Counted from the stretch's first letter, positions 16,202 through 25,902 are shown. The stretch is 64,000 bases of DNA from Candidatus Omnitrophota bacterium (GCA_015233675.1 JADFXH010000001.1:140563-204562), one strand, 5' to 3'. Translations and numbers: made by a program. Notes: generated by a model from the letters alone, not told the origin.

Positions 16202-16823
16202 TGCCCTCAAAAAAGTCCAGCAAAGCTTGACGTCTAAAAATGCCGAACCGGAAAATCCCCCTTCAGGAACTACCCAAAAGGGAGATACTTATCTCTATGC
16301 CCCCTCTCCTGTGGAAGATATTACGCCCGCGGCGGACCAAAAATCTGCCGAAATAAAAACAGCTGTCTTTAAAAAAATTAAGTTTCTGTTTAACCTCATT
16401 TGCGTTGTCCTGATCATGACAGGGGCTGTTTGGTATCTCTACCAACAATTTAAGAATGAAATCCCCCGCGCCAAAAGATTAGCTAAAAAATCGTTCTATC
16501 AGCTGATCCATAAAGAAGAACTTCCTGATTTTAAAAACAAGACCCCTGAGGACCTCAAACCTTTGGGCCAAATTACCGTTAAACCACCGATGTCCCCCAG
16601 ATCCGATACAGCCCCGACAGCCAACACACCCCCAATGGCTGCTCCCGTAACTCTTAAGATTCACGGGATCATGTCTAACGCGACTGGCAATCTGGCCCTG
16701 ATCAATAACCAGGTCTATCAGGAAGGCGACGAGGTTGCCGGCGCCAAAATCATCAAAATCAATTTTGACTCTGTCACGGTCAACATCAACGGCACTGAAA
16801 AAACAATTTTCGTGAAGAATTAA
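16185..16823 (+). CDS. gspB: GspB/ExeB-like protein
   Basis: It has the N-terminal MSIIHDALKKVQQ motif, a single TM segment, and a C-terminal LKIHGIMSNATGNLALINNQVYQEGDEVAGAKIIKINFDSVTV block typical of the T2SS protein B C-domain. It overlaps the exeA-like gene. Confidence 0.65.
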   Translation: MSIIHDALKKVQQSLTSKNAEPENPPSGTTQKGDTYLYAPSPVEDITPAADQKSAEIKTAVFKKIKFLFNLICVVLIMTGAVWYLYQQFKNEIPRAKRLAKKSFYQLIHKEELPDFKNKTPEDLKPLGQITVKPPMSPRSDTAPTANTPPMAAPVTLKIHGIMSNATGNLALINNQVYQEGDEVAGAKIIKINFDSVTVNINGTEKTIFVKN

Positions 16824-17915
16824 TCAGCCCAAAAACGATTGAATGGCCTTGATGATGATACTGGAGGGAATGTCATCCACCACCTTGACTTGGCCGATTT
16901 TTGGGATAAGAACAAAGCGGTTATGCCCCGCGCTAAATTTCTTGTCATGTCCCATTAAATCTAAAATTTTTGCTAAACGAATACCAACAATTTTTTCCGG
17001 TAGACCGACACCTGTGATTAATTGGTTGATACGAAGTTCTTGAGATTCCGCTAAAAGACCCAAAGCCACAGAAATACGGGCCGCCACACGCATACCAATA
17101 CCGACGGCTTCACCATGATGACAACGATCATACCGGCCTGCAGCTTCCACAGCGTGGCCCACGGTATGCCCGAAATTAAGTACCGTACGCAAAGCTTTAG
17201 TTTCTTTTTCATCCACCGAAACTATCCCGGCCTTAATCTGGGCGCAGCGTCGGACAATAAAATTCAACGCATTGGTCTCACCTTTAAAAAATTTATTATA
17301 GTTGGTCTCAATAAAGCCAAAAAGCTTCGCATCCGCTATGATACCGTATTTAATGGCCTCGGCTAAACCGTTGCGGATTTGACGCTGGCTTAAAGTTTTA
17401 AGCACCTTGGTATCCGTAAACACCAAACTGGGCTGATAAAAAGCACCAACCAGGTTCTTGCCTGTTTCCAGATCAATCGCTGTCTTGCCGCCGATGGAGG
17501 AATCAATCTGGGCTAAAAGTGTGGTAGGCACCTGAATATAGGGTACCCCGCGCTTGTAAATAGCCGCCACAAACCCGGCCAAATCACCGATAACTCCTCC
17601 CCCTAAAGCGACGATAAAAACTTTCTTGTCCACATCATAAACACTTATCTGTTTAAGCAACCGCAAAGCACAGGCAGCACTTTTGCTCTTTTCGCCTTCT
17701 GGAACATTTAAAATTTTAACCGTATACCCCGCTTTTTTAAGAGCAGAGGATAATTTAACCCCGTGCAGGCGTTCGATAAAAGGATGTGAGATAATCAACA
17801 CATCTTTCCCTAGTCTTAAATTACGGATAAACCTCGGAAGTTCTCCTAAAATCTCGGCGCCAACAATAATGGAATAAGGATTGTCTTTTAAATTTACCGG
17901 AATTCTTGAAATCAT
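16824..17915 (-). CDS. aroB: 3-dehydroquinate synthase
   Basis: Carries GGGVIGDLAGFVAA, PTTLLAQIDSSIGGKT and FGHTVGHAVE motifs. The start is placed at ATG 17915 (ATGA overlap with the upstream stop); the track start is 17933. Confidence 0.9.
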   Translation of the reverse strand: MISRIPVNLKDNPYSIIVGAEILGELPRFIRNLRLGKDVLIISHPFIERLHGVKLSSALKKAGYTVKILNVPEGEKSKSAACALRLLKQISVYDVDKKVFIVALGGGVIGDLAGFVAAIYKRGVPYIQVPTTLLAQIDSSIGGKTAIDLETGKNLVGAFYQPSLVFTDTKVLKTLSQRQIRNGLAEAIKYGIIADAKLFGFIETNYNKFFKGETNALNFIVRRCAQIKAGIVSVDEKETKALRTVLNFGHTVGHAVEAAGRYDRCHHGEAVGIGMRVAARISVALGLLAESQELRINQLITGVGLPEKIVGIRLAKILDLMGHDKKFSAGHNRFVLIPKIGQVKVVDDIPSSIIIKAIQSFLG

Positions 17916-18535
17916 ATCTGCACTCCAATCCAATATCCTACCTGTTCTATTATAGGAGAAAGGAATCCTAACAAACCCAAATTGAGAAATACGATCAGTA
18001 TAATTATGCCAAAAGGTTCCAAACGACTATAGTAGTATGCTAATTTCGCCGGCAAAATGCTGGTGACCACTCTCGAGCCGTCCAAAGGCGGTATAGGCAC
18101 CATATTAAAAACAGCCAAGGTCAAATTGAGCATCACCCCCCATGCGCAAAGTTGAGATACCTTAAATAATGCCGGCCATATATAAAGCCTGGAAAGAATA
18201 AAAGCCAAAGCAATATTGGTCAAAGGCCCCGCGATAGCAACCAAAGCCATCCCCAGCCGCAGAGGACGAAGATTCCTGAAATTAACAGGGACCGGACGTG
18301 CCCAGCCAAATAGCATCAAAGACCTTGTCAATCCAAAAAAATGCGCCAGAAAAAGAGCACCGGGAACAATGATGCTTCCTACCGGATCTATATGTTTTAC
18401 AGGATTTAAAGTAAGACGTCCTTGATTCTTGGCCGTGGGGTCGCCTAACATATACGCACTTAAACCATGAGCAACTTCATGCAGGACAATAGCAGGAACT
18501 ACAACGAAAACTATTAAGAGGAGTACGTCTAACAT
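17912..18535 (-). CDS. Site-2 protease family (M50) zinc metalloprotease
   Basis: It has a multi-TM profile and an HEVAHG (HExxH) motif in the first TM region. The product is 207 aa. Confidence 0.75.
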   Translation of the reverse strand: MLDVLLLIVFVVVPAIVLHEVAHGLSAYMLGDPTAKNQGRLTLNPVKHIDPVGSIIVPGALFLAHFFGLTRSLMLFGWARPVPVNFRNLRPLRLGMALVAIAGPLTNIALAFILSRLYIWPALFKVSQLCAWGVMLNLTLAVFNMVPIPPLDGSRVVTSILPAKLAYYYSRLEPFGIIILIVFLNLGLLGFLSPIIEQVGYWIGVQI

Positions 18536-18536
18536 G

Positions 18537-19322
18537 TTAAAGGACCAACGTGATTTTATTGATATGCAAGAGAGGGCACGTGAACTGTTTTTGTAAATCC
18601 GGCATAACAGTCCCTTCTATAGTAACCACCATATTCGCAAAAAATGATATTTGCGGAATATCCTGCACGTAGTAGACAGTCTTGTCATCAATAACAATTT
18701 CATAATGGACATCCGCCCCAACAGACTCAGGCAAGGCCTGTAGTTTCCCCTGCACAGAGACCCTTTCAATGACAACTTTAGATATATACTTGACTTCAAC
18801 CGTTGAGGGCCATTGGATCGTCGGGATAAAATAAGAGGACGGCACATCCGCTGATATTTCTTTCAAAAAATCCTTATGAACCCACCCCGCTGTCCCTGCT
18901 ACCGGCTCAAGACGGCACCATCCATTGACTTGCCCCTCAACTTTGACCAAGGTCCCTTTTTTGACTTCTCCCAAAGAGGCCGCATCACTGCTGGCTGATG
19001 AACGGACATTAACATTGTCTCCTAAAACTACAGCAACATCCCCCCCTTCTTTTATTTTCAAATAATCCGATCGAATATAAGATTTTGTCGTCGATAAAAG
19101 CTGGATCTTATACCATTCATAACTGCGGCCTAAAACCACCACTTGAACTCCCTTAGTCAACTTGTCGATCTTTTCAAAATTAGTATTCGGCCCCGAACGG
19201 ACATTAACGGATTCTTTGGACACCTCTGCCAGAAAAGGAAAATGCTCATCGGCAAACCCTGGCGCTATGAACGCAAATATCAGGAATACTGATGAGCAAA
19301 TCGTAGAAATTTTGTTCAACAT
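18537..19322 (-). CDS. Secreted protein with two bacterial SH3 domains
   Basis: Two VNVRSxP/A...W..I blocks are present (VNVRSGPNTNFEKIDKLTKGVQVVVLGRSYEWYKI and VNVRSSASSDAASLGEVKKGTLVKVEGQVNGWCRL). A signal peptide starts at ATG 19322 (MLNKISTICSSVFLIFAFIAPGFA). Confidence 0.7.
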   Translation of the reverse strand: MLNKISTICSSVFLIFAFIAPGFADEHFPFLAEVSKESVNVRSGPNTNFEKIDKLTKGVQVVVLGRSYEWYKIQLLSTTKSYIRSDYLKIKEGGDVAVVLGDNVNVRSSASSDAASLGEVKKGTLVKVEGQVNGWCRLEPVAGTAGWVHKDFLKEISADVPSSYFIPTIQWPSTVEVKYISKVVIERVSVQGKLQALPESVGADVHYEIVIDDKTVYYVQDIPQISFFANMVVTIEGTVMPDLQKQFTCPLLHINKITLVL

Positions 19323-19404
19323 TTCGTTGGGATCCCTCGCTTTTAGGATCGGAATAACATTCTTCACCGTTAGCTCAGGATGACATTCAACATTTCATTG
19401 AATA

Positions 19405-19674
19405 TCATTTTTTGGCGCCTGCGGCCGGCTTAGCAGCCTCTGCGGGCTTTCCTGCAGCACCTGCAGCGGTAGCGGGAGCAGCATCACCTTCAGCCTTAAT
19501 TTTCTTTTTGGCTTTGACGCGAACGATCTTGGTTTTGGGTAACCCAATCACACCGGTCTCTTCTTTCCAAAGACCTTTTTTCATCAACTCTTTAATACGC
19601 TCAATACGCGTCTGCACAGACCTTTGCGTGACGCTTGCCCTATCAATTTTTAACGAAGAATGTAATGACATCAA
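19405..19674 (-). CDS. Small basic protein (conserved ~70-90 aa family seen in PVC-group bacteria), Lys/Ala-rich tail
   Basis: MSLHSSLKIDRASVTQRSVQTRIERIKELMKKGLWKEETGVIGLPKTKI resembles that family as I remember it. The C-terminus is KKKIKAEGDAAPATAAGAAGKPAEAAKPAAGAKK. Confidence 0.45.
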   Translation of the reverse strand: MMSLHSSLKIDRASVTQRSVQTRIERIKELMKKGLWKEETGVIGLPKTKIVRVKAKKKIKAEGDAAPATAAGAAGKPAEAAKPAAGAKK

Positions 19675-20249
19675 AATCTCCTTACTTGACTTAAACGGAA
19701 CTGGCTGGGCAATTTTCGCAAATATGCCGTTGCAATTTCTTTATTGTTAAAATCACCAGCGCATAACAACCAGTATTTACCGCTTTTTATTAAAAAACTT
19801 TGAATTTTTTTGGCCTTTAAAAGTAAGGCGTCCTGACGAGCATACGCTTCACTCCCATAGGTTGCAACCTGAAGCGTGTAACGAGTTCCTTGCCCCTGCA
19901 TGAAACCACGCATATTCACCGGTCTTTGCTCTGTAACGCTCTTCACAACCGGTGCCTGCAGTTTAACAGGAGCTGGAAGAATCACACCAGCAACTGCTGT
20001 TCGGGCCCCCACATTCCACGCTGCAGAAACCCGTTCATCTAATGCCCGGGCGGCTAAAACCTTGCCTCGCTCCACTCCCAAAGAAAATGAAAAAAGAGCC
20101 ACCATTATACCCAAAATCGTAAAAATGACAAGACTTTCTACAGACAAGGTTAAATTAGCCAAAAGAAATTTGGGTTTATTGATATCTTCTAAAGTAGCTG
20201 AATTAGCGGGAAAAAGCTCAAACTGGGGTTGTTTATAATTAATATTCAT
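19671..20249 (-). CDS. SPOR domain-containing membrane protein
   Basis: It has one TM segment and a C-terminal YTLQVATYGSEAYARQDALLLKAKKIQSFLIKSGKYWLLCAGDFNNKEIA block that matches the SPOR repeat pattern. Confidence 0.65.
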   Translation of the reverse strand: MNINYKQPQFELFPANSATLEDINKPKFLLANLTLSVESLVIFTILGIMVALFSFSLGVERGKVLAARALDERVSAAWNVGARTAVAGVILPAPVKLQAPVVKSVTEQRPVNMRGFMQGQGTRYTLQVATYGSEAYARQDALLLKAKKIQSFLIKSGKYWLLCAGDFNNKEIATAYLRKLPSQFRLSQVRRF

Positions 20250-20321
20250 ATTTATAAGTCCAATAAAATAATAAGGTTAGTAAATAAAAGAACGCACTAG
20301 CGATTGAAAATCATTATAGTT

Positions 20322-21395
20322 CTAGGTCTTGAGTGAAGACAAGAGTTTTCTGAATTTTTTTTGAGAAGCCAATCTTGCAAAAGCATCAACTATTTTAGGA
20401 TCAAATTGTGAGCCGCGGTATTTGATCAACTCAGCCAGCGCCTTATCAATTGACAGCGACGAGCGATAAGGCCTGCCCTGAACCATCGCCTCAAAAGCGT
20501 CGACGCAGGCAATGATGCGGGCCCCTAAAGGGATCTGCTCTTTTTTAAGCCCCGACGGATAACCGCTCCCGTCGTATTTCTCATGATGATATAAAATTAT
20601 CGGAAGTATCGGCTTAAGAAATTCGACGGAGGAAATTAAAGCGACACTTTGCGCGGTATGCTGACGGACAACTTTAAATTCATTAGAGGACAATCCCCCG
20701 CGTTTGGATAAAATAGCATATGGGACGTCGATAATGCCTACGTCATGCAGCAGGCAGGCATATTCCAAATGCTTTATCCCCTCGCTGCTGACTTTCAAAT
20801 CCTGGGCCAGTATCTTGACAATTTCCATATAGACCGGCGCGTGAGTCAGCCCCTCAAGCGCCTGTTTTTTAAGCAAATTGCCGATGGAAGCTATAGAGCC
20901 TAATATGATCTTTTCATGCTCCTGATGCAATTGCAAATTCTTCAGGGCCGTCACTACTTGCTCAGAAAAAACTGAAATCATCTCGTGGTCAAAATTATTA
21001 AAAGGCTCCTCAGAGCCTTCCCGCCGGACAAATATAGCCCCCAAATAATCGTCAGCAACTAAAGGAAGGCCGATACAGTCATGTCTTAAAACCGAAGCCC
21101 CACGGGTAACTGCCAGGACTTCTTCTCCTACATCCTTCAAGTCCCTGGGCCTATCATGCCAAATATTAATTTGATTATCAAAACTGGCGCAAATAATCAC
21201 ATTCTTTTTAAGCGGATGCACCAGATAAACACTCGCCGAAGATGCCCGGATAAACTGACATAATAAGCGGGTCAAACGCAGGGTCAATTCTTTGACTGTA
21301 TACGTAGAATTAACCAGACGGTAAACCATATGTACCGCTGAGAGAACCAATGAGTAGCGTTTGGCAGAAGAAACAGAATTAGAAATCATATCCAT
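20322..21395 (-). CDS. GAF-like sensor / HD-GYP domain protein (putative c-di-GMP phosphodiesterase)
   Basis: Carries HDVGIIDVP and HHEKYDGSGYPSGL motifs in the C-terminal half, with a sensor-like N-terminal half. Confidence 0.8.
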   Translation of the reverse strand: MDMISNSVSSAKRYSLVLSAVHMVYRLVNSTYTVKELTLRLTRLLCQFIRASSASVYLVHPLKKNVIICASFDNQINIWHDRPRDLKDVGEEVLAVTRGASVLRHDCIGLPLVADDYLGAIFVRREGSEEPFNNFDHEMISVFSEQVVTALKNLQLHQEHEKIILGSIASIGNLLKKQALEGLTHAPVYMEIVKILAQDLKVSSEGIKHLEYACLLHDVGIIDVPYAILSKRGGLSSNEFKVVRQHTAQSVALISSVEFLKPILPIILYHHEKYDGSGYPSGLKKEQIPLGARIIACVDAFEAMVQGRPYRSSLSIDKALAELIKYRGSQFDPKIVDAFARLASQKKFRKLLSSLKT

Positions 21396-22570
21396 CAGAC
21401 TTTCTGATACGGATCAAAAAGCCGTTTATGTTCATCCAGGGCAAAACGGTCTGTCATAGAAGCAATATAATTACAGATAATAGCATATTTTTGCGATGTA
21501 GAAAACTTCTTATCGCGCGCGTATACGCTATAAGGCAACTGTTTAGGATTTTTTAAATAAACATCAAACAGATCGCGGATAATACGACGAGCTTTGGCGG
21601 TCATACGCTCCACCCGCCAATGATGATAAAGTTTTTCATTTAACAATTGTTGTAAATATTCCCGCTGTTGGTGCATGGTTTTACTAAAACCAACCACATA
21701 ATCTTTGTAATCCTTCACATCTTGGGCTGATTTAAATTTTAGCTTCCCCAAACGCTCATAAGTTGCCTGCAACAAGTCTTTTGCCTGCATATCAATTAAT
21801 TCCTTGACCACTTGATACCGAAACATATCACGATTTTGCGCCTCCCCGCTTCCCATGATCTTTCCAACCGCCTTCTGCCAAAGGACGCTACCCATCAAAT
21901 CTTTCTCAACTATACATCCCGAGGTCAAACCATCATCCACATCATGATTCAGATACGCCAGAGAATCTGCGATGTCGACAATCTGAGCTTCCAGGGTGGG
22001 ACCTTCATCACGGTATTGCCTGGGGATATCCGCTCCCGGCATATCAAAAACTGTCTGATGCTTAAGAATACCCACCAGCACTTCACGGGTTAAATTAAGG
22101 CCGTCAAAATAGGGATATTTCTTTTCTAATTTAGAAACGATCTCATAACTGCGGAAATTATGATTGAACTTGATCTTAGCCTCTCCGACGATGTTGTTAA
22201 GGGCCTCTTCCCCTGCGTGGCCAAAAGGCGGGTGGCCCAAGTCATGCGCCAGGGCAATGGCCTCGATCAAATCTTCGTTCAAACGCAAATTACGCCCCAA
22301 AGTGCGGGCTAATTGGGCGACTTCAATAGTATGGGTCAAACGCGTACGGTAATAATCTCCCTCGAAAATGACAAACACCTGGGTTTTATATTCAAGCTTG
22401 CGGAAAGCCTCGGCATGCACGATGCGGTCGCGGTCCCGTTGATAACATGTTCGCCATTCATGCTGAGGCTCGTCATATTGACGGGATCCGGCATCCTGGG
22501 ACTTCATGGCATAAAAAGCCAAATTCTTATTTTCGAGTTTCTCGATGTCTTTTCTTGTACGCATCATCAA
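21395..22570 (-). CDS. dgt: dGTP triphosphohydrolase-like HD-domain protein
   Basis: Carries RTRLTHTIEVAQLAR, AHDLGHPPFGH and DIADSLAYLNHDVDDG motifs. The product is 391 aa. Confidence 0.8.
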   Translation of the reverse strand: MMMRTRKDIEKLENKNLAFYAMKSQDAGSRQYDEPQHEWRTCYQRDRDRIVHAEAFRKLEYKTQVFVIFEGDYYRTRLTHTIEVAQLARTLGRNLRLNEDLIEAIALAHDLGHPPFGHAGEEALNNIVGEAKIKFNHNFRSYEIVSKLEKKYPYFDGLNLTREVLVGILKHQTVFDMPGADIPRQYRDEGPTLEAQIVDIADSLAYLNHDVDDGLTSGCIVEKDLMGSVLWQKAVGKIMGSGEAQNRDMFRYQVVKELIDMQAKDLLQATYERLGKLKFKSAQDVKDYKDYVVGFSKTMHQQREYLQQLLNEKLYHHWRVERMTAKARRIIRDLFDVYLKNPKQLPYSVYARDKKFSTSQKYAIICNYIASMTDRFALDEHKRLFDPYQKV

Positions 22571-23033
22571 GTTTCTTATAAATGACTGTTAAAGATAGAG
22601 AAATCACCTTAGTATCGGCAGTCACCGGCATAAAATTATGATCACCCCTCCAACGGGGTACGATGTGAATATGCAGATGTCCCGGGATACCCGCTCCGGC
22701 AATGCGCCCTAAATTTATCCCCACATTAAAACCCTGAGGCTTAAACACCTCTTGTAATAAATCCTTGGCTTCCCTTAATAATTCCATCAGATGCGCGTAT
22801 TCTTCCTGAGGCAATTTGCTGATATCTCCGACATGACGGCCAGGCACAACCAAACAGTGTCCGTTGCTGTACGGATATAGATTCAAAACCGCACATGCAT
22901 CAGGCTTACGGATAAAAATCAAATGCTTCTTATCATTACGGTCAGCCAGAATCCGGCAAAAGACACAATCCCTTTGCTTGGCCGAAAGATTGGCAACATA
23001 GGTTTCACGCCACGGCGCCCAAAGTCTTTGCAT
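22527..23033 (-). CDS. HIT-family nucleotide hydrolase/transferase
   Basis: It has the MQRLWAPWRETYV N-terminus and a histidine triad (GHLHIHIVPRW). Confidence 0.8.
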   Translation of the reverse strand: MQRLWAPWRETYVANLSAKQRDCVFCRILADRNDKKHLIFIRKPDACAVLNLYPYSNGHCLVVPGRHVGDISKLPQEEYAHLMELLREAKDLLQEVFKPQGFNVGINLGRIAGAGIPGHLHIHIVPRWRGDHNFMPVTADTKVISLSLTVIYKKLDDAYKKRHRETRK

Positions 23034-23034
23034 A

Positions 23035-23514
23035 TCAAATTTTAATAATCTCCGCGTTTATTTTTCCTGCCTCAATATTAATAATGCCATACGAAAATTT
23101 TTTGGCTTTTATCACATCATTAGGACTGCCGGGATTAAAATATAATGTCGGCCCCACTTTCTCGTTCATCGCCTGATGCGAATGCCCAAATATGACTACA
23201 TCCATCTTATCATCTTTAAAAGAAGACATGGCATTTTTTAATGCTTCACGCGTTTCACCGATATGCCCATGTGTCACACCAATTTTCAGATTACCGCACA
23301 TAATAATTTCTTTTAAAGGCAACAATTTTCTAACCGCCAACTCATCCATATTGCCCTGCACGGCTTTAGTAGGGGCCGTTTTTTTAAGCAATTTCAATGT
23401 TTGGAGATCACAAATATCGCCCGCATGGATAATCAAATCCGCCTTCTTTAATCTTTCAATTATTGCAGGAGGAATTTGGAAGGAATGCGTGTCTGAAAGC
23501 ACACCAATGATCAT
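23035..23514 (-). CDS. YfcE/MJ0936-family metallophosphoesterase
   Basis: Carries the VLSDTH, HAGD, GNMD, HGH and GHSH metallophosphoesterase motifs. The product is 159 aa. Confidence 0.8.
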   Translation of the reverse strand: MIIGVLSDTHSFQIPPAIIERLKKADLIIHAGDICDLQTLKLLKKTAPTKAVQGNMDELAVRKLLPLKEIIMCGNLKIGVTHGHIGETREALKNAMSSFKDDKMDVVIFGHSHQAMNEKVGPTLYFNPGSPNDVIKAKKFSYGIINIEAGKINAEIIKI

Positions 23515-25148
23515 CTTACAATTATAGGCTCATCAAATAAATGCATTAAACAATTAAGCTGGTCTTCATCCCAAATCCACAACTTCTCCTGAAGGGCTCG
23601 CACTTTGGCATTTTCATCCAAGCCGCTCAAAGAGACAATGACGCTGCGAAGTGGCCTGGGATCAAGTTTTTTGATCTCTTCAAGAATACCGTTAAGATCA
23701 TTATCATGAACAGGGTCTTTCTTGAGAACTACAAGCCACAAGCCCTCCTGACCCTGCGCGGAGATGGCGTCAAAATAATTTCCCGTTCCCGTTCGCAATT
23801 TTAAAATCTTTATGTCCCTGAAAGCAGTCAATTTATAACGACGGCCACAAAGCACAAAAGACTCGTTATCAAATTTATGCATCAAGTCCGAAATCCTTAC
23901 GGACAAATCTTTACGAGCCACCACGCCAAAATCATTCAATGCGCGATTTATCTCTTCCTTAAACTGTTTACGTGAGCGTCCCGCCTCAAGGTCAATAACA
24001 TGAAGCCGCCTCTGATAAACATATTTGATCCAATAACTAAATAATTTATCTTTGATATGATAATAGTTTCCGTTACGCTCAACGATATTGGAATCCTGCA
24101 ATGAATTGACACGGGGGCTAATTTGCGGGGACTTCAATTTCAAGCTTTCGGATAAATCACTGATCTTATGTTTCCCTTGTGCTAAAGCACCCAGCAGAGC
24201 AACTGCAAGCCCTGCACTTTTCCCTGCAGTCAAAGCGTTAATCTCTAATTCAAAATGACGGCTGATAACACCCCAGCGATTAAAGATCACATTTTCAATG
24301 GCTTGGGTGACAATAGGCGCATAGATCTCCTGCTGGGCATAAACACCACTTAAACAAATTAACTCCTGACACAACAAATTAATATACAGAGGATGCCCGC
24401 CGGCAAAATCTGCCATAAAATTCTTTAAATGCAGACCGATTTTAACACCATCAAGATTTTGATCGATCAATCCCTGAGCCTCGCTGAAATTAAAAGGTTG
24501 TAAAGGAATAGTCTCAAAATTGCCGAATAACAGAGATAATTTTTCGGACAGGATAGTTTCAGCCTGTTGGGGGAAAGAACTGGCTACAATATACAAACAA
24601 TTTTTCTGGGTCATGATGCGCTTACCCAGTTCAGCAAAAACTTCAGGGATATTAAAATTTTCCAAATGCCCAAATTCGTCAAAAATCAGGACCACCGATT
24701 TCCCTGTTTCCTGAGTAAAAACCTCAGGCAAAGACAAGATCATATGATACGCTTCCAACATTTTGCCCTGGCCAGTAAAATTCTCTATCGCCTGCACTAA
24801 AAATACCGTCCTGGGAATATGGTCTTTGGCCTCGGCACACAATAATTTTAAATCTTCCTGAAGGGGCAAATTCTCTTTTTTAAGGTAGTTGTAAAGCAGG
24901 CTTTTGGTAAATTGGACTGAAAAATAATCGAAATCGCGGTTCTCTAAATCCAAATAGATAAAAAAAACATCCTCATCTTCCATCTGGGACATCATACAAT
25001 GTAAAAGTGCTGTTTTGCCGATATAACGGCTGCCCAACAAGGCCACGTTTTGACGATAGCCTTCCTTGAGTCCCATAACGCGTTTTTTTAAAATTTCTAA
25101 AACGCTACGACGTCCATAAAAATTATAGTCAAAATCAATTAAATTCAC
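23511..25148 (-). CDS. Archaeal-ATPase-type (STAND-like) AAA ATPase with DUF234-like C-terminal domain
   Basis: It has Walker A (LLGSRYIGKTALL) and Walker B (VVLIFDEFGHL) motifs and a winged-helix-like middle region. The C-terminal FDAIS...LWLVVLKK block is reminiscent of the restriction-endonuclease-like DUF234. Confidence 0.6.
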   Translation of the reverse strand: MNLIDFDYNFYGRRSVLEILKKRVMGLKEGYRQNVALLGSRYIGKTALLHCMMSQMEDEDVFFIYLDLENRDFDYFSVQFTKSLLYNYLKKENLPLQEDLKLLCAEAKDHIPRTVFLVQAIENFTGQGKMLEAYHMILSLPEVFTQETGKSVVLIFDEFGHLENFNIPEVFAELGKRIMTQKNCLYIVASSFPQQAETILSEKLSLLFGNFETIPLQPFNFSEAQGLIDQNLDGVKIGLHLKNFMADFAGGHPLYINLLCQELICLSGVYAQQEIYAPIVTQAIENVIFNRWGVISRHFELEINALTAGKSAGLAVALLGALAQGKHKISDLSESLKLKSPQISPRVNSLQDSNIVERNGNYYHIKDKLFSYWIKYVYQRRLHVIDLEAGRSRKQFKEEINRALNDFGVVARKDLSVRISDLMHKFDNESFVLCGRRYKLTAFRDIKILKLRTGTGNYFDAISAQGQEGLWLVVLKKDPVHDNDLNGILEEIKKLDPRPLRSVIVSLSGLDENAKVRALQEKLWIWDEDQLNCLMHLFDEPIIVR

Positions 25149-25191
25149 TTGTATCCACCGTTAAACAATAGTGAGTTAAAGGCCCACCATT

Positions 25192-25884
25192 TCATGGCAA
25201 ATAATACAAAGGATTTGTCGCCTGACTTCCATGGCGAATTTCAAAATGTTCGACCACCCGGCTGCCTATTTGTCCGACTTGGGCAATAGCATCGCCTTTA
25301 TAAACATGGTCCCCAAGCTTAACCAAAAGCCTTGCATTGCGCGCGTACACTGTAGTAAATCCGTCTCTATGGTCTAATACCACTGTCTGTGCGTAGCCGC
25401 TCATATAATCAGCTAAAATCACATCACCTTCCCTGGCGGCCTGTACGGTGTCCCCTGCCTGAACCTGGATATCAATACCGTGGCTGCGGGCACTGACGCC
25501 TACGAAATCATCAAAATAAACCACTACTTTGCCTTTAATAGGCCAAATGAATTCATTTTTATTGTTGTCTACGGAGCGCTCAGAGATATCTTGGGCAGTT
25601 TTTGCCCCCGGAATAAAAAGCAATTGACCAACTTCAAGAGCGCTTCCATTAGGGATATTGTTACTATCAATAATATCCTTCATGCTTATCCCATAGCATT
25701 GAGCAATTTGCCAAAGTGTCTGCCCTCGTAAAACCTTATGATAAGCCCCTGCTTTTTTATTAACAGAAGGAGTTTTTCCCTCAGGCAGCGATGGCATGGG
25801 CTTATATTCCGTGGTCGCACAACCGGCCAGAAAACCCAAAAACGATACAAAGAGCAAAATTTCTAAACTTTTACGTCTTGGCAC
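25192..25884 (-). CDS. LysM + M23 peptidase lipoprotein (NlpD-like)
   Basis: It has a lipobox (FLAGC), a LysM block (YHKVLRGQTLWQIAQCYGISMKDIIDSNNI) and M23 motifs (SHGIDI, EHFEIRHG). Confidence 0.8.
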   Translation of the reverse strand: MPRRKSLEILLFVSFLGFLAGCATTEYKPMPSLPEGKTPSVNKKAGAYHKVLRGQTLWQIAQCYGISMKDIIDSNNIPNGSALEVGQLLFIPGAKTAQDISERSVDNNKNEFIWPIKGKVVVYFDDFVGVSARSHGIDIQVQAGDTVQAAREGDVILADYMSGYAQTVVLDHRDGFTTVYARNARLLVKLGDHVYKGDAIAQVGQIGSRVVEHFEIRHGSQATNPLYYLP

Positions 25885-25902
25885 TGCCTACCTCAAATCA
25901 TA

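Noticed and set aside
21395-22570. The dGTPase-like HD protein considered as an anti-phage dNTP-depletion defence gene.
   Set aside because: Its sequence and length match the widespread housekeeping Dgt-like family and it sits in a core-gene operon. There are no defence-island neighbours apart from the ambiguous STAND-like ATPase.
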